Assembly (NCBI RefSeq): GCF_009914755.1
Contig: NC_060925.1
Length of the DNA stretch: 64,000 bases
Direction: 5' to 3' (one strand)
Source of the DNA: the human T2T-CHM13v2.0 reference genome, Homo sapiens
Each line of letters opens with the position of its first letter. Within the stretch, counting starts at the first letter, position 1. The translations under genes and the position numbers were made by a program. This document shows, piece by piece, positions 27,401-42,400 of the stretch. Under the pieces are notes generated by a model that ran no database searches, had not been told where the DNA came from, and worked only from the letters and a program-made list of their open reading frames with translations.

Positions 27401-30400
27401 AATGGAATCGAAGAGAATCATCGAATGGACTCGAATGGAATAATCTAATGGAATTGAATGGAATAATCCACGGACTCGAATGCAATCATCATCGTATAGA
27501 ATCGAATGGAATCATCGAATGGACTCGAATGGAATAATCATTGAACGGAATCGAATGGAATCATCATCGGATGGAAACGAATGGAATCATCATCGAATGG
27601 AAATGAAAGGAGTCATCATCTAATGGAATTGCATGGAATCATCATCAAATGGAATCGAATGGAATCAACAGCAAATGGAATCAAATGGAATCATTGAACG
27701 GAATTGAATGGAATCGTCATCCAATGAATGAATGCAATCATCGAATGGTCTCGAATGCAATCATCTTCAAATGGAATGGAATGGAATCATCGCATAGAAT
27801 CGAATGGAATTATCATCGAATGGAATCGAATGGTATCAACATCAAACGGAAAAAAACGGAATTATCGAATGGAATCGAATAGAATCATGGAATGGACCCG
27901 AATGGAATCATCTAATGGAATGGAATGGAATAATCCACGGACTCGAATGCAATCATCGTCGAATGGAATCGAATGGAATCATCGAATGGACTCGAATGGA
28001 ATAATCATTGAACAGAATCGAATGGAATCATCATCGGATGGAAACGAATGGAATCATCATCGAATGGAAATGAAAGGAGTCATCATCTAATGGAATTGCA
28101 TGGAATCATCATCAAATGGAATCGAATGGAATCAACATCAAATGGAATCAAATGGAATCATTGAACGGAATTGAATGGAATCGTCATCGAATGAATTGAA
28201 TGCAATCATCGAATGGTCTCGAGTGGAATCATCTTCAAATGGAATGGAATGGAATCATCGCATAGAATCGAATGGAATTATCATCGAATGGAATCGAATG
28301 GTATCAACATCAAACGGAAAAAAACGGAATTATCGAATGGAATCGAAGAGAATCTTCGAACGGACCCGAATGGAATCATCTAATGGAATGGAATGGAATA
28401 ATCCATGGACTGGAAGGCAATCATCATTGAACGGAATCGAAAGGAATCATCATCGGATGGAAACGAATGGAATCATCATCGAATGGAAATGAAAGGAGTC
28501 ATCATCTAATGGAATTGCATCGAATCATCATAAAATGGAATCGAATGGAATCAACATCAAATGGAATCAAATGGAATCATTGAACGGAATTGAATGGAAT
28601 CGTCATCGAATGAATTGAATGCAATCATCGAATGGTCTCGAATGGAATCATCTTCAAATGGAATGGAATGGAATCATCGCATAGAATCGAATGGAATTAT
28701 CATCGAATGGAATCGAATGGAATCAACATCAAACGGAAAAAAACGGAATTATCGAATGGAATCGAATAGAATCATCGAATGGACCCGAATGGAATCATCT
28801 AATGGAATGGAATGGAATAATCCGTGGACTCGAATGCAATCATCATCGAATATAATCGAATGGAATCATCCAATGGACTCGAATGGAATAATCATTGAAC
28901 GGAATCGAATGGAATCATCATCGGATGGAAATGAATGGAATCATCATCGAATGGAATCGAATAGAATTATGGAATGAAATCCAGTGTGATCATCATCGAA
29001 TGGACCCGAATGGAATCATCATCCAACGAATGCTAATGGAATCAACATCGAATGAATCAAATGGAAACACCATCGAATTGAAACGAATGGAATTACCATG
29101 AAATTGAAATGGATGGACTCATCATCGAATGGATTCGAATGGAATCATCGAATAAAATTGATTGAAATCATCATCGAATGGAATCGAATGGATTCATTGA
29201 ATGGAATCAGATGGAATCATCGAATGGACTGGAATGGAATCATTGAATGGACACGAAAGAGATCATGATTGAATGGAATTGAATGGAATCATCGAATGGT
29301 CTCGATTGGAATCATTATCAAATGGAATCGAATGGAATCACCGAATAGAATCGAATGGAACAATCATCGAATGGACTCAAATGGAATTATCCTCAAATGG
29401 AATGGAATGGAATTATCGAATGCAATCGAATGGAATTATCGAATGCAATCGAATAGAATCATTGAATGGACTCGAATGGAATAATCATTGAACGGAATCG
29501 AATGGAATCATCATCGGATGGAAACGAATGGAATCATCATCGAATGGAAATGAAAGGAGTCATCATCTAATGGAATTGCATGGAATCATCATAAAATGGA
29601 ATCGAATGGAATCAACATCAAATGGAATCAAATGGAATCATTGAACGGAATTGAATGGAATCGTCATCGAATGAATTGAATGCAATCATCGAATGGTCTC
29701 GAATGGAATCATCTTCAAATGGAATGGAATGGAATCATCGCATAGAATCGAGTGGAATTATCATCGAATGGAGTCGAATGGAATCAACATCAAACGGAAA
29801 AAAACGGAATTATCGAATGGAATCGAAGAGAATCTTCGAACGGACCCGAATGGAATCACCTAATGGAATGGAATGGAATAATCTATGGACTCGAATGCAA
29901 TCATCATCGAATGGAATCATCAAATGGACTCGAATGGAATAATCATTGAATGGAATCGAATGGAATCATCATCGGATGGAAATGAATGGAATCATCATCG
30001 AATGGAATCGAATAGAATTATGGAATGAAATCCAGTGTGATCATCATCGAATGGACCCAAATGGAATCATCATCCAACGGTATCTAATGGAATCAACATC
30101 GAATGAATTGAATGGAAACACCATCGAATTGAAACGAATGGAATTATCATGAAATTGAAATGGATGGACTCATCATCGAATGGATTGGAATGGAATCATC
30201 GAATAAAATTGATTGAAATCATCATCAAATGGAATCGAATGGTATCATTGAATGGAATCGAATGGAATCATCATCAGATGGAAATGAATGGAATCGTCAT
30301 AGAATGGAATCGAATGGATTCATTGAATGGAATCAGATGGAATCATCGAATGGACTGGAATGGAATCATTGAATGGACTCGAAAGGGATCATTATTGAAT

Positions 30401-33400
30401 GGAATTGAATGGAATCATCGAATGGTCTCGATTGGAATCATTATCAAATGGAAACGAATGGAATCACCGAATAGAATCGAATGGAACAATCATCGAATGG
30501 ACTCAAATGGAATCATCCTCAAATGGAATGGAATGGAATTATCGAATGCAATCGAATAGAATCATCGAATGGACTCGAATGGAATCATCGAATGGAATGG
30601 AATGGAACAGTCAATGAACTCGAATGGAATCATCATTGAATGGAATCGAATGGAATCATCGAGTGGAATCGAATGGAATTATGATCAAATGGAATCTAAT
30701 GTAATAATCATCAAATGGAATCAAAAATAACCATCATCAATTGTTATTGAATGGAATTGTCATCAAATGGAATTCAAAGGAATCATCATCAAATGGAACC
30801 GAATGGAATCCTCATTGAATGGAAATGAAAGGGGTCATCATCTAATGGAATCGCATGGAATCATCATCAAATGGAATCGAATGGAATCATCATCAAATGG
30901 AATCTGATGGAATCATTGAACAGAATTGAATGGAATCGTCATCGAATGAATTGAATGCAATCATCGAATGGTCTCGAATGGAATCATCTTCTAATGGAAA
31001 GGAATGGAATCATCGCATAGAATCGAATGGAATTAACATTGAATGGACTCGAATGGAATCAACATCAAACGGAATCAAGCGGAATTATCGAATGGAATCG
31101 AAGAGAATCATCGAATGGACTCGAATGGAATAATCTAATGGAATTGAATGGAATAATCCACGGACTCGAATGCAATCATCATCGTATAGAATCGAATGGA
31201 ATCATCGAATGGACTCGAATGGAATAATCATTGAACGGAATCGAATGGAATCATCATCGGATGGAAACGAATGGAATCATCATCGAATGGAAATGAAAGG
31301 AGTCATCATCTAATGGAATTGCATGGAATCATCATCAAATGGAATCGAATGGAATCAACAGCAAATGGAATCAAATGGAATCATTGAACGGAATTGAATG
31401 GAATCGTCATCCAATGAATGAATGCAATCATCGAATGGTCTCGAATGCAATCATCTTCAAATGGAATGGAATGGAATCATCGCATAGAATCGAATGGAAT
31501 TATCATCGAATGGAATCGAATGGTATCAACATCAAACGGAAAAAAACGGAATTATCGAATGGAATCGAATAGAATCATGGAATGGACCCGAATGGAATCA
31601 TCTAATGGAATGGAATGGAATAATCCACGGACTCGAATGCAATCATCGTCGAATGGAATCGAATGGAATCATCGAATGGACTCGAATGGAATAATCATTG
31701 AACAGAATCGAATGGAATCATCATCGGATGGAAACGAATGGAATCATCATCGAATGGAAATGAAAGGAGTCATCATCTAATGGAATTGCATGGAATCATC
31801 ATCAAATGGAATCGAATGGAATCAACATCAAATGGAATCAAATGGAATCATTGAACGGAATTGAATGGAATCGTCATCGAATGAATTGAATGCAATCATC
31901 GAATGGTCTCGAGTGGAATCATCTTCAAATGGAATGGAATGGAATCATCGCATAGAATCGAATGGAATTATCATCGAATGGAATCGAATGGTATCAACAT
32001 CAAACGGAAAAAAACGGAATTATCGAATGGAATCGAAGAGAATCTTCGAACGGACCCGAATGGAATCATCTAATGGAATGGAATGGAATAATCCATGGAC
32101 TGGAAGGCAATCATCATTGAACGGAATCGAAAGGAATCATCATCGGATGGAAACGAATGGAATCATCATCGAATGGAAATGAAAGGAGTCATCATCTAAT
32201 GGAATTGCATCGAATCATCATAAAATGGAATCGAATGGAATCAACATCAAATGGAATCAAATGGAATCATTGAACGGAATTGAATGGAATCGTCATCGAA
32301 TGAATTGAATGCAATCATCGAATGGTCTCGAATGGAATCATCTTCAAATGGAATGGAATGGAATCATCGCATAGAATCGAATGGAATTATCATCGAATGG
32401 AATCGAATGGAATCAACATCAAACGGAAAAAAACGGAATTATCGAATGGAATCGAATAGAATCATCGAATGGACCCGAATGGAATCATCTAATGGAATGG
32501 AATGGAATAATCCGTGGACTCGAATGCAATCATCATCGAATATAATCGAATGGAATCATCCAATGGACTCGAATGGAATAATCATTGAACGGAATCGAAT
32601 GGAATCATCATCGGATGGAAATGAATGGAATCATCATCGAATGGAATCGAATAGAATTATGGAATGAAATCCAGTGTGATCATCATCGAATGGACCCGAA
32701 TGGAATCATCATCCAACGAATGCTAATGGAATCAACATCGAATGAATCAAATGGAAACACCATCGAATTGAAACGAATGGAATTACCATGAAATTGAAAT
32801 GGATGGACTCATCATCGAATGGATTCGAATGGAATCATCGAATAAAATTGATTGAAATCATCATCGAATGGAATCGAATGGATTCATTGAATGGAATCAG
32901 ATGGAATCATCGAATGGACTGGAATGGAATCATTGAATGGACACGAAAGAGATCATGATTGAATGGAATTGAATGGAATCATCGAATGGTGTCGATTGGA
33001 ATCATTATCAAATGGAATCGAATGGAATCACCGAATAGAATCGAATGGAACAATCATCGAATGGACTCAAATGGAATTATCCTCAAATGGAATGGAATGG
33101 AATTATCGAATGCAATCGAATGGAATTATCGAATGCAATCGAATAGAATCATTGAATGGACTCGAATGGAATAATCATTGAACGGAATCGAATGGAATCA
33201 TCATCGGATGGAAACGAATGGAATCATCATCGAATGGAAATGAAAGGAGTCATCATCTAATGGAATTGCATGGAATCATCATAAAATGGAATCGAATGGA
33301 ATCAACATCAAATGGAATCAAATGGAATCATTGAACGGAATTGAATGGAATCGTCATCGAATGAATTGAATGCAATCATCGAATGGTCTCGAATGGAATC
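24500..33400 (+). repeat. 3,690-bp period (1126+2564) tandem repeat, ~2.4 copies
   Basis: Offsets of 3690 for 24904/28594/32284, 25583/29273/32963, 25965/29655, 26709/30399, 27240/30930. EcoRI sites at 27080 and 30770. Confidence 0.88.
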
Positions 33401-36400
33401 ATCTTCAAATGGAATGGAATGGAATCATCGCATAGAATCGAATGGAATTATCATCGAATGGAATCGAATGGAATCAACATCAAACGGAAAAAAACGGAAT
33501 TATCGAATGGAATCGAAGAGAATCATCGAATGGACCCGAATGGAATCATCTAATGGAATGGAATGGAATAATCCACGGACTCGAATGCAATCATCGTCGA
33601 ATGGAATCGAATGGAATCATCGAATGGACTCGAATGGAATAATCATTGAACAGAATCGAATGGAATCATCATCGGATGGAAACGAATGGAATCATCATCG
33701 AATGGAAATGAAAGGAGTCATCATCTAATGGAATTGCATGGAATCATCATCAAATGGAATCGAATGGAATCAACATCAAATGGAATCAAATGGAATCATT
33801 GAACGGAATTGAATGGAATCGTCATCGAATGAATTGAATGCAATCATCGAATGGTCTCGAGTGGAATCATCTTCAAATGGAATGGAATGGAATCATCGCA
33901 TAGAATCGAATGGAATTATCATCGAATGGAATCGAATGGTATCAACATCAAACGGAAAAAAACGGAATTATCGAATGGAATCGAAGAGAATCTTCGAACG
34001 GACCCGAATGGAATCATCTAATGGAATGGAATGGAATAATCCATGGACTGGAAGGCAATCTTCATTGAACGGAATCGAAAGGAATCATCATCGGATGGAA
34101 ACGAATGGAATCATCATCGAATGGAAATGAAAGGAGTCATCATCTAATGGAATTGCATCGAATCATCATAAAATGGAATCGAATGGAATCAACATCAAAT
34201 GGAATCAAATGGAATCATTGAACGGAATTGAATGGAATCGTCATCGAATGAATTGAATGCAATCATCGAATGGTCTCGAATGGAATCATCTTCAAATGGA
34301 ATGGAATGGAATCATCGCATAGAATCGAATGGAATTATCATCGAATGGAATCGAATGGAATCAACATCAAACGGAAAAAAACGGAATTATCGAATGGAAT
34401 CGAATAGAATCATCGAATGGACCCGAATGGAATCATCTAATGGAATGGAATGGAATAATCCGTGGACTCGAATGCAATCATCATCGAATATAATCGAATG
34501 GAATCATCCAATGGACTCGAATGGAATAATCATTGAACGGAATCGAATGGAATCATCATCGGATGGAAATGAATGGAATCATCATCGAATGGAATCGAAT
34601 AGAATTATGGAATGAAATCCAGTGTGATCATCATCGAATGGACCCGAATGGAATCATCATCCAACGAATGCTAATGGAATCAACATCGAATGAATCAAAT
34701 GGAAACACCATCGAATTGAAACGAATGGAATTACCATGAAATTGAAATGGATGGACTCATCATCGAATGGATTCGAATGGAATCATCGAATAAAATTGAT
34801 TGAAATCATCATCGAATGGAATCGAATGGATTCATTGAATGGAATCAGATGGAATCATCGAATGGACTGGAATGGAATCATTGAATGGACACGAAAGAGA
34901 TCATGATTGAATGGAATTGAATGGAATCATCGAATGGTCTCGATTGGAATCATTATCAAATGGAATCGAATGGAATCACCGAATAGAATCGAATGGAACA
35001 ATCATCGAATGGACTCAAATGGAATTATCCTCAAATGGAATGGAATGGAATTATCGAATGCAATCGAATGGAATTATCGAATGCAATCGAATAGAATCAT
35101 TGAATGGACTCGAATGGAATAATCATTGAACGGAATCGAATGGAATCATCATCGGATGGAAACGAATGGAATCATCATCGAATGGAAATGAAAGGAGTCA
35201 TCATCTAATGGAATTGCATGGAATCATCATAAAATGGAATCGAATGGAATCAACATCAAATGGAATCAAATGGAATCATTGAACGGAATTGAATGGAATC
35301 GTCATCGAATGAATTGAATGCAATCATCGAATGGTCTCGAATGGAATCATCTTCAAATGGAATGGAATGGAATCATCGCATAGAATCGAGTGGAATTATC
35401 ATCGAATGGAGTCGAATGGAATCAACATCAAACGGAAAAAAACGGAATTATCGAATGGAATCGAAGAGAATCTTCGAACGGACCCGAATGGAATCACCTA
35501 ATGGAATGGAATGGAATAATCTATGGACTCGAATGCAATCATCATCGAATGGAATCATCAAATGGACTCGAATGGAATAATCATTGAACGGAATCGAATG
35601 GAATCATCATCGGATGGAAATGAATGGAATCATCATCGAATGGAATCGAATAGAATTATGGAATGAAATCCAGTGTGATCATCATCGAATGGACCCAAAT
35701 GGAATCATCATCCAACGGAATCTAATGGAATCAACATCGAATGAATTGAATGGAAACACCATCGAATTGAAACGAATGGAATTATCATGAAATTGAAATG
35801 GATGGACTCATCATCGAATGGATTGGAATGGAATCATCGAATAAAATTGATTGAAATCATCATCAAATGGAATCGAATGGTATCATTGAATGGAATCGAA
35901 TGGAATCATCATCAGATGGAAATGAATGGAATCGTCATAGAATGGAATCGAATGGATTCATTGAATGGAATCAGATGGAATCATCGAATGGACTGGAATG
36001 GAATCATTGAATGGACTCGAAAGGGATCATGATTGAATGGAATTGAATGGAATCATCGAATGGTCTCGATTGGAATCATTATCAAATGGAAACGAATGGA
36101 ATCACCGAATAGAATCGAATGGAACAATCATCGAATGGACTCAAATGGAATCATCCTCAAATGGAATGGAATGGAATTATCGAATGCAATCGAATAGAAT
36201 CATCGAATGGACTCGAATGGAATCATCGAATGGAATGGAATGGAACAGTCAATGAACTCGAATGGAATCATCATTGAATGGAATCGAATGGAATCATCGA
36301 GTGGAATCGAATGGAATTATGATCAAATGGAATCTAATGTAATAATCATCAAATGGAATCAAAAATAACCATCATCAATTGTTATTGAATGGAATTGTCA

Positions 36401-39400
36401 TCAAATGGAATTCAAAGGAATCATCATCAAATGGAACCGAATGGAATCCTCATTGAATGGAAATGAAAGGGGTCATCATCTAATGGAATCGCATGGAATC
36501 ATCATCAAATGGAATCGAATGGAATCATCATCAAATGGAATCTGATGGAATCATTGAACAGAATTGAATGGAATCGTCATCGAATGAATTGAATGCAATC
36601 ATCGAATGGTCTCGAATGGAATCATCTTCTAATGGAAAGGAATGGAATCATCGCATAGAATCGAATGGAATTAACATTGAATGGACTCGAATGGAATCAA
36701 CATCAAACGGAATCAAGCGGAATTATCGAATGGAATCGAAGAGAATCATCGAATGGACTCGAATGGAATAATCTAATGGAATTGAATGGAATAATCCACG
36801 GACTCGAATGCAATCATCATCGTATAGAATCGAATGGAATCATCGAATGGACTCGAATGGAATAATCATTGAACGGAATCGAATGGAATCATCATCGGAT
36901 GGAAACGAATGGAATCATCATCGAATGGAAATGAAAGGAGTCATCATCTAATGGAATTGCATGGAATCATCATCAAATGGAATCGAATGGAATCAACAGC
37001 AAATGGAATCAAATGGAATCATTGAACGGAATTGAATGGAATCGTCATCCAATGAATGAATGCAATCATCGAATGGTCTCGAATGCAATCATCTTCAAAT
37101 GGAATGGAATGGAATCATCGCATAGAATCGAATGGAATTATCATCGAATGGAATCGAATGGTATCAACATCAAACGGAAAAAAACGGAATTATCGAATGG
37201 AATCGAATAGAATCATGGAATGGACCCGAATGGAATCATCTAATGGAATGGAATGGAATAATCCACGGACTCGAATGCAATCATCGTCGAATGGAATCGA
37301 ATGGAATCATCGAATGGACTCGAATGGAATAATCATTGAACAGAATCGAATGGAATCATCATCGGATGGAAACGAATGGAATCATCATCGAATGGAAATG
37401 AAAGGAGTCATCATCTAATGGAATTGCATGGAATCATCATCAAATGGAATCGAATGGAATCAACATCAAATGGAATCAAATGGAATCATTGAACGGAATT
37501 GAATGGAATCGTCATCGAATGAATTGAATGCAATCATCGAATGGTCTCGAGTGGAATCATCTTCAAATGGAATGGAATGGAATCATCGCATAGAATCGAA
37601 TGGAATTATCATCGAATGGAATCGAATGGTATCAACATCAAACGGAAAAAAACGGAATTATCGAATGGAATCGAAGAGAATCTTCGAACGGACCCGAATG
37701 GAATCATCTAATGGAATGGAATGGAATAATCCATGGACTGGAAGGCAATCATCATTGAACGGAATCGAAAGGAATCATCATCGGATGGAAACGAATGGAA
37801 TCATCATCGAATGGAAATGAAAGGAGTCATCATCTAATGGAATTGCATCGAATCATCATAAAATGGAATCGAATGGAATCAACATCAAATGGAATCAAAT
37901 GGAATCATTGAACGGAATTGAATGGAATCGTCATCGAATGAATTGAATGCAATCATCGAATGGTCTCGAATGGAATCATCTTCAAATGGAATGGAATGGA
38001 ATCATCGCATAGAATCGAATGGAATTATCATCGAATGGAATCGAATGGAATCAACATCAAACGGAAAAAAACGGAATTATCGAATGGAATCGAATAGAAT
38101 CATCGAATGGACCCGAATGGAATCATCTAATGGAATGGAATGGAATAATCCGTGGACTCGAATGCAATCATCATCGAATATAATCGAATGGAATCATCCA
38201 ATGGACTCGAATGGAATAATCATTGAACGGAATCGAATGGAATCATCATCGGATGGAAATGAATGGAATCATCATCGAATGGAATCGAATAGAATTATGG
38301 AATGAAATCCAGTGTGATCATCATCGAATGGACCCGAATGGAATCATCATCCAACGAATGCTAATGGAATCAACATCGAATGAATCAAATGGAAACACCA
38401 TCGAATTGAAACGAATGGAATTACCATGAAATTGAAATGGATGGACTCATCATCGAATGGATTCGAATGGAATCATCGAATAAAATTGATTGAAATCATC
38501 ATCGAATGGAATCGAATGGATTCATTGAATGGAATCAGATGGAATCATCGAATGGACTGGAATGGAATCATTGAATGGACACGAAAGAGATCATGATTGA
38601 ATGGAATTGAATGGAATCATCGAATGGTGTCGATTGGAATCATTATCAAATGGAATCGAATGGAATCACCGAATAGAATCGAATGGAACAATCATCGAAT
38701 GGACTCAAATGGAATTATCCTCAAATGGAATGGAATGGAATTATCGAATGCAATCGAATGGAATTATCGAATGCAATCGAATAGAATCATTGAATGGACT
38801 CGAATGGAATAATCATTGAACGGAATCGAATGGAATCATCATCGGATGGAAACGAATGGAATCATCATCGAATGGAAATGAAAGGAGTCATCATCTAATG
38901 GAATTGCATGGAATCATCATAAAATGGAATCGAATGGAATCAACATCAAATGGAATCAAATGGAATCATTGAACGGAATTGAATGGAATCGTCATCGAAT
39001 GAATTGAATGCAATCATCGAATGGTCTCGAATGGAATCATCTTCAAATGGAATGGAATGGAATCATCGCATAGAATCGAATGGAATTATCATCGAATGGA
39101 ATCGAATGGAATCAACATCAAACGGAAAAAAACGGAATTATCGAATGGAATCGAAGAGAATCATCGAATGGACCCGAATGGAATCATCTAATGGAATGGA
39201 ATGGAATAATCCACGGACTCGAATGCAATCATCGTCGAATGGAATCGAATGGAATCATCGAATGGACTCGAATGGAATAATCATTGAACAGAATCGAATG
39301 GAATCATCATCGGATGGAAACGAATGGAATCATCATCGAATGGAAATGAAAGGAGTCATCATCTAATGGAATTGCATGGAATCATCATCAAATGGAATCG

Positions 39401-42400
39401 AATGGAATCAACATCAAATGGAATCAAATGGAATCATTGAACGGAATTGAATGGAATCGTCATCGAATGAATTGAATGCAATCATCGAATGGTCTCGAGT
39501 GGAATCATCTTCAAATGGAATGGAATGGAATCATCGCATAGAATCGAATGGAATTATCATCGAATGGAATCGAATGGTATCAACATCAAACGGAAAAAAA
39601 CGGAATTATCGAATGGAATCGAAGAGAATCTTCGAACGGACCCGAATGGAATCATCTAATGGAATGGAATGGAATAATCCATGGACTGGAAGGCAATCTT
39701 CATTGAACGGAATCGAAAGGAATCATCATCGGATGGAAACGAATGGAATCATCATCGAATGGAAATGAAAGGAGTCATCATCTAATGGAATTGCATCGAA
39801 TCATCATAAAATGGAATCGAATGGAATCAACATCAAATGGAATCAAATGGAATCATTGAACGGAATTGAATGGAATCGTCATCGAATGAATTGAATGCAA
39901 TCATCGAATGGTCTCGAATGGAATCATCTTCAAATGGAATGGAATGGAATCATCGCATAGAATCGAATGGAATTATCATCGAATGGAATCGAATGGAATC
40001 AACATCAAACGGAAAAAAACGGAATTATCGAATGGAATCGAATAGAATCATCGAATGGACCCGAATGGAATCATCTAATGGAATGGAATGGAATAATCCG
40101 TGGACTCGAATGCAATCATCATCGAATATAATCGAATGGAATCATCCAATGGACTCGAATGGAATAATCATTGAACGGAATCGAATGGAATCATCATCGG
40201 ATGGAAATGAATGGAATCATCATCGAATGGAATCGAATAGAATTATGGAATGAAATCCAGTGTGATCATCATCGAATGGACCCGAATGGAATCATCATCC
40301 AACGAATGCTAATGGAATCAACATCGAATGAATCAAATGGAAACACCATCGAATTGAAACGAATGGAATTACCATGAAATTGAAATGGATGGACTCATCA
40401 TCGAATGGATTCGAATGGAATCATCGAATAAAATTGATTGAAATCATCATCGAATGGAATCGAATGGATTCATTGAATGGAATCAGATGGAATCATCGAA
40501 TGGACTGGAATGGAATCATTGAATGGACACGAAAGAGATCATGATTGAATGGAATTGAATGGAATCATCGAATGGTCTCGATTGGAATCATTATCAAATG
40601 GAATCGAATGGAATCACCGAATAGAATCGAATGGAACAATCATCGAATGGACTCAAATGGAATTATCCTCAAATGGAATGGAATGGAATTATCGAATGCA
40701 ATCGAATGAAATTATCGAATGCAATCGAATAGAATCATTGAATGGACTCGAATGGAATAATCATTGAACGGAATCGAATGGAATCATCATCGGATGGAAA
40801 CGAATGGAATCATCATCGAATGGAAATGAAAGGAGTCATCATCTAATGGAATTGCATGGAATCATCATAAAATGGAATCGAATGGAATCAACATCAAATG
40901 GAATCAAATGGAATCATTGAACGGAATTGAATGGAATCGTCATCGAATGAATTGAATGCAATCATCGAATGGTCTCGAATGGAATCATCTTCAAATGGAA
41001 TGGAATGGAATCATCGCATAGAATCGAGTGGAATTATCATCGAATGGAGTCGAATGGAATCAACATCAAACGGAAAAAAACGGAATTATCGAATGGAATC
41101 GAAGAGAATCTTCGAACGGACCCGAATGGAATCACCTAATGGAATGGAATGGAATAATCTATGGACTCGAATGCAATCATCATCGAATGGAATCATCAAA
41201 TGGACTCGAATGGAATAATCATTGAACGGAATCGAATGGAATCATCATCGGATGGAAATGAATGGAATCATCATCGAATGGAATCGAATAGAATTATGGA
41301 ATGAAATCCAGTGTGATCATCATCGAATGGACCCAAATGGAATCATCATCCAACGGAATCTAATGGAATCAACATCGAATGAATTGAATGGAAACACCAT
41401 CGAATTGAAACGAATGGAATTATCATGAAATTGAAATGGATGGACTCATCATCGAATGAATTGGAATGGAATCATCGAATAAAATTGATTGAAATCATCA
41501 TCAAATGGAATCGAATGGTATCATTGAATGGAATCGAATGGAATCATCATCAGATGGAAATGAATGGAATCGTCATAGAATGGAATCGAATGGATTCATT
41601 GAATGGAATCAGATGGAATCATCGAATGGACTGGAATGGAATCATTGAATGGACTCGAAAGGGATCATGATTGAATGGAATTGAATGGAATCATCGAATG
41701 GTCTCGATTGGAATCATTATCAAATGGAAACGAATGGAATCACCGAATAGAATCGAATGGAACAATCATCGAATGGACTCAAATGGAATCATCCTCAAAT
41801 GGAATGGAATGGAATTATCGAATGCAATCGAATAGAATCATCGAATGGACTCGAATGGAATCATCGAATGGAATGGAATGGAACAGTCAATGAACTCGAA
41901 TGGAATCATCATTGAATGGAATCGAATGGAATCATCGAGTGGAATCGAATGGAATTATGATCAAATGGAATCTAATGTAATAATCATCAAATGGAATCAA
42001 AAATAACCATCATCAATTGTTATTGAATGGAATTGTCATCAAATGGAATTCAAAGGAATCATCATCAAATGGAACCGAATGGAATCCTCATTGAATGGAA
42101 ATGAAAGGGGTCATCATCTAATGGAATCGCATGGAATCATCATCAAATGGAATCGAATGGAATCATCATCAAATGGAATCTGATGGAATCATTGAACAGA
42201 ATTGAATGGAATCGTCATCGAATGAATTGAATGCAATCATCGAATGGTCTCGAATGGAATCATCTTCTAATGGAAAGGAATGGAATCATCGCATAGAATC
42301 GAATGGAATTAACATTGAATGGACTCGAATGGAATCAACATCAAACGGAATCAAGCGGAATTATCGAATGGAATCGAAGAGAATCATCGAATGGACTCGA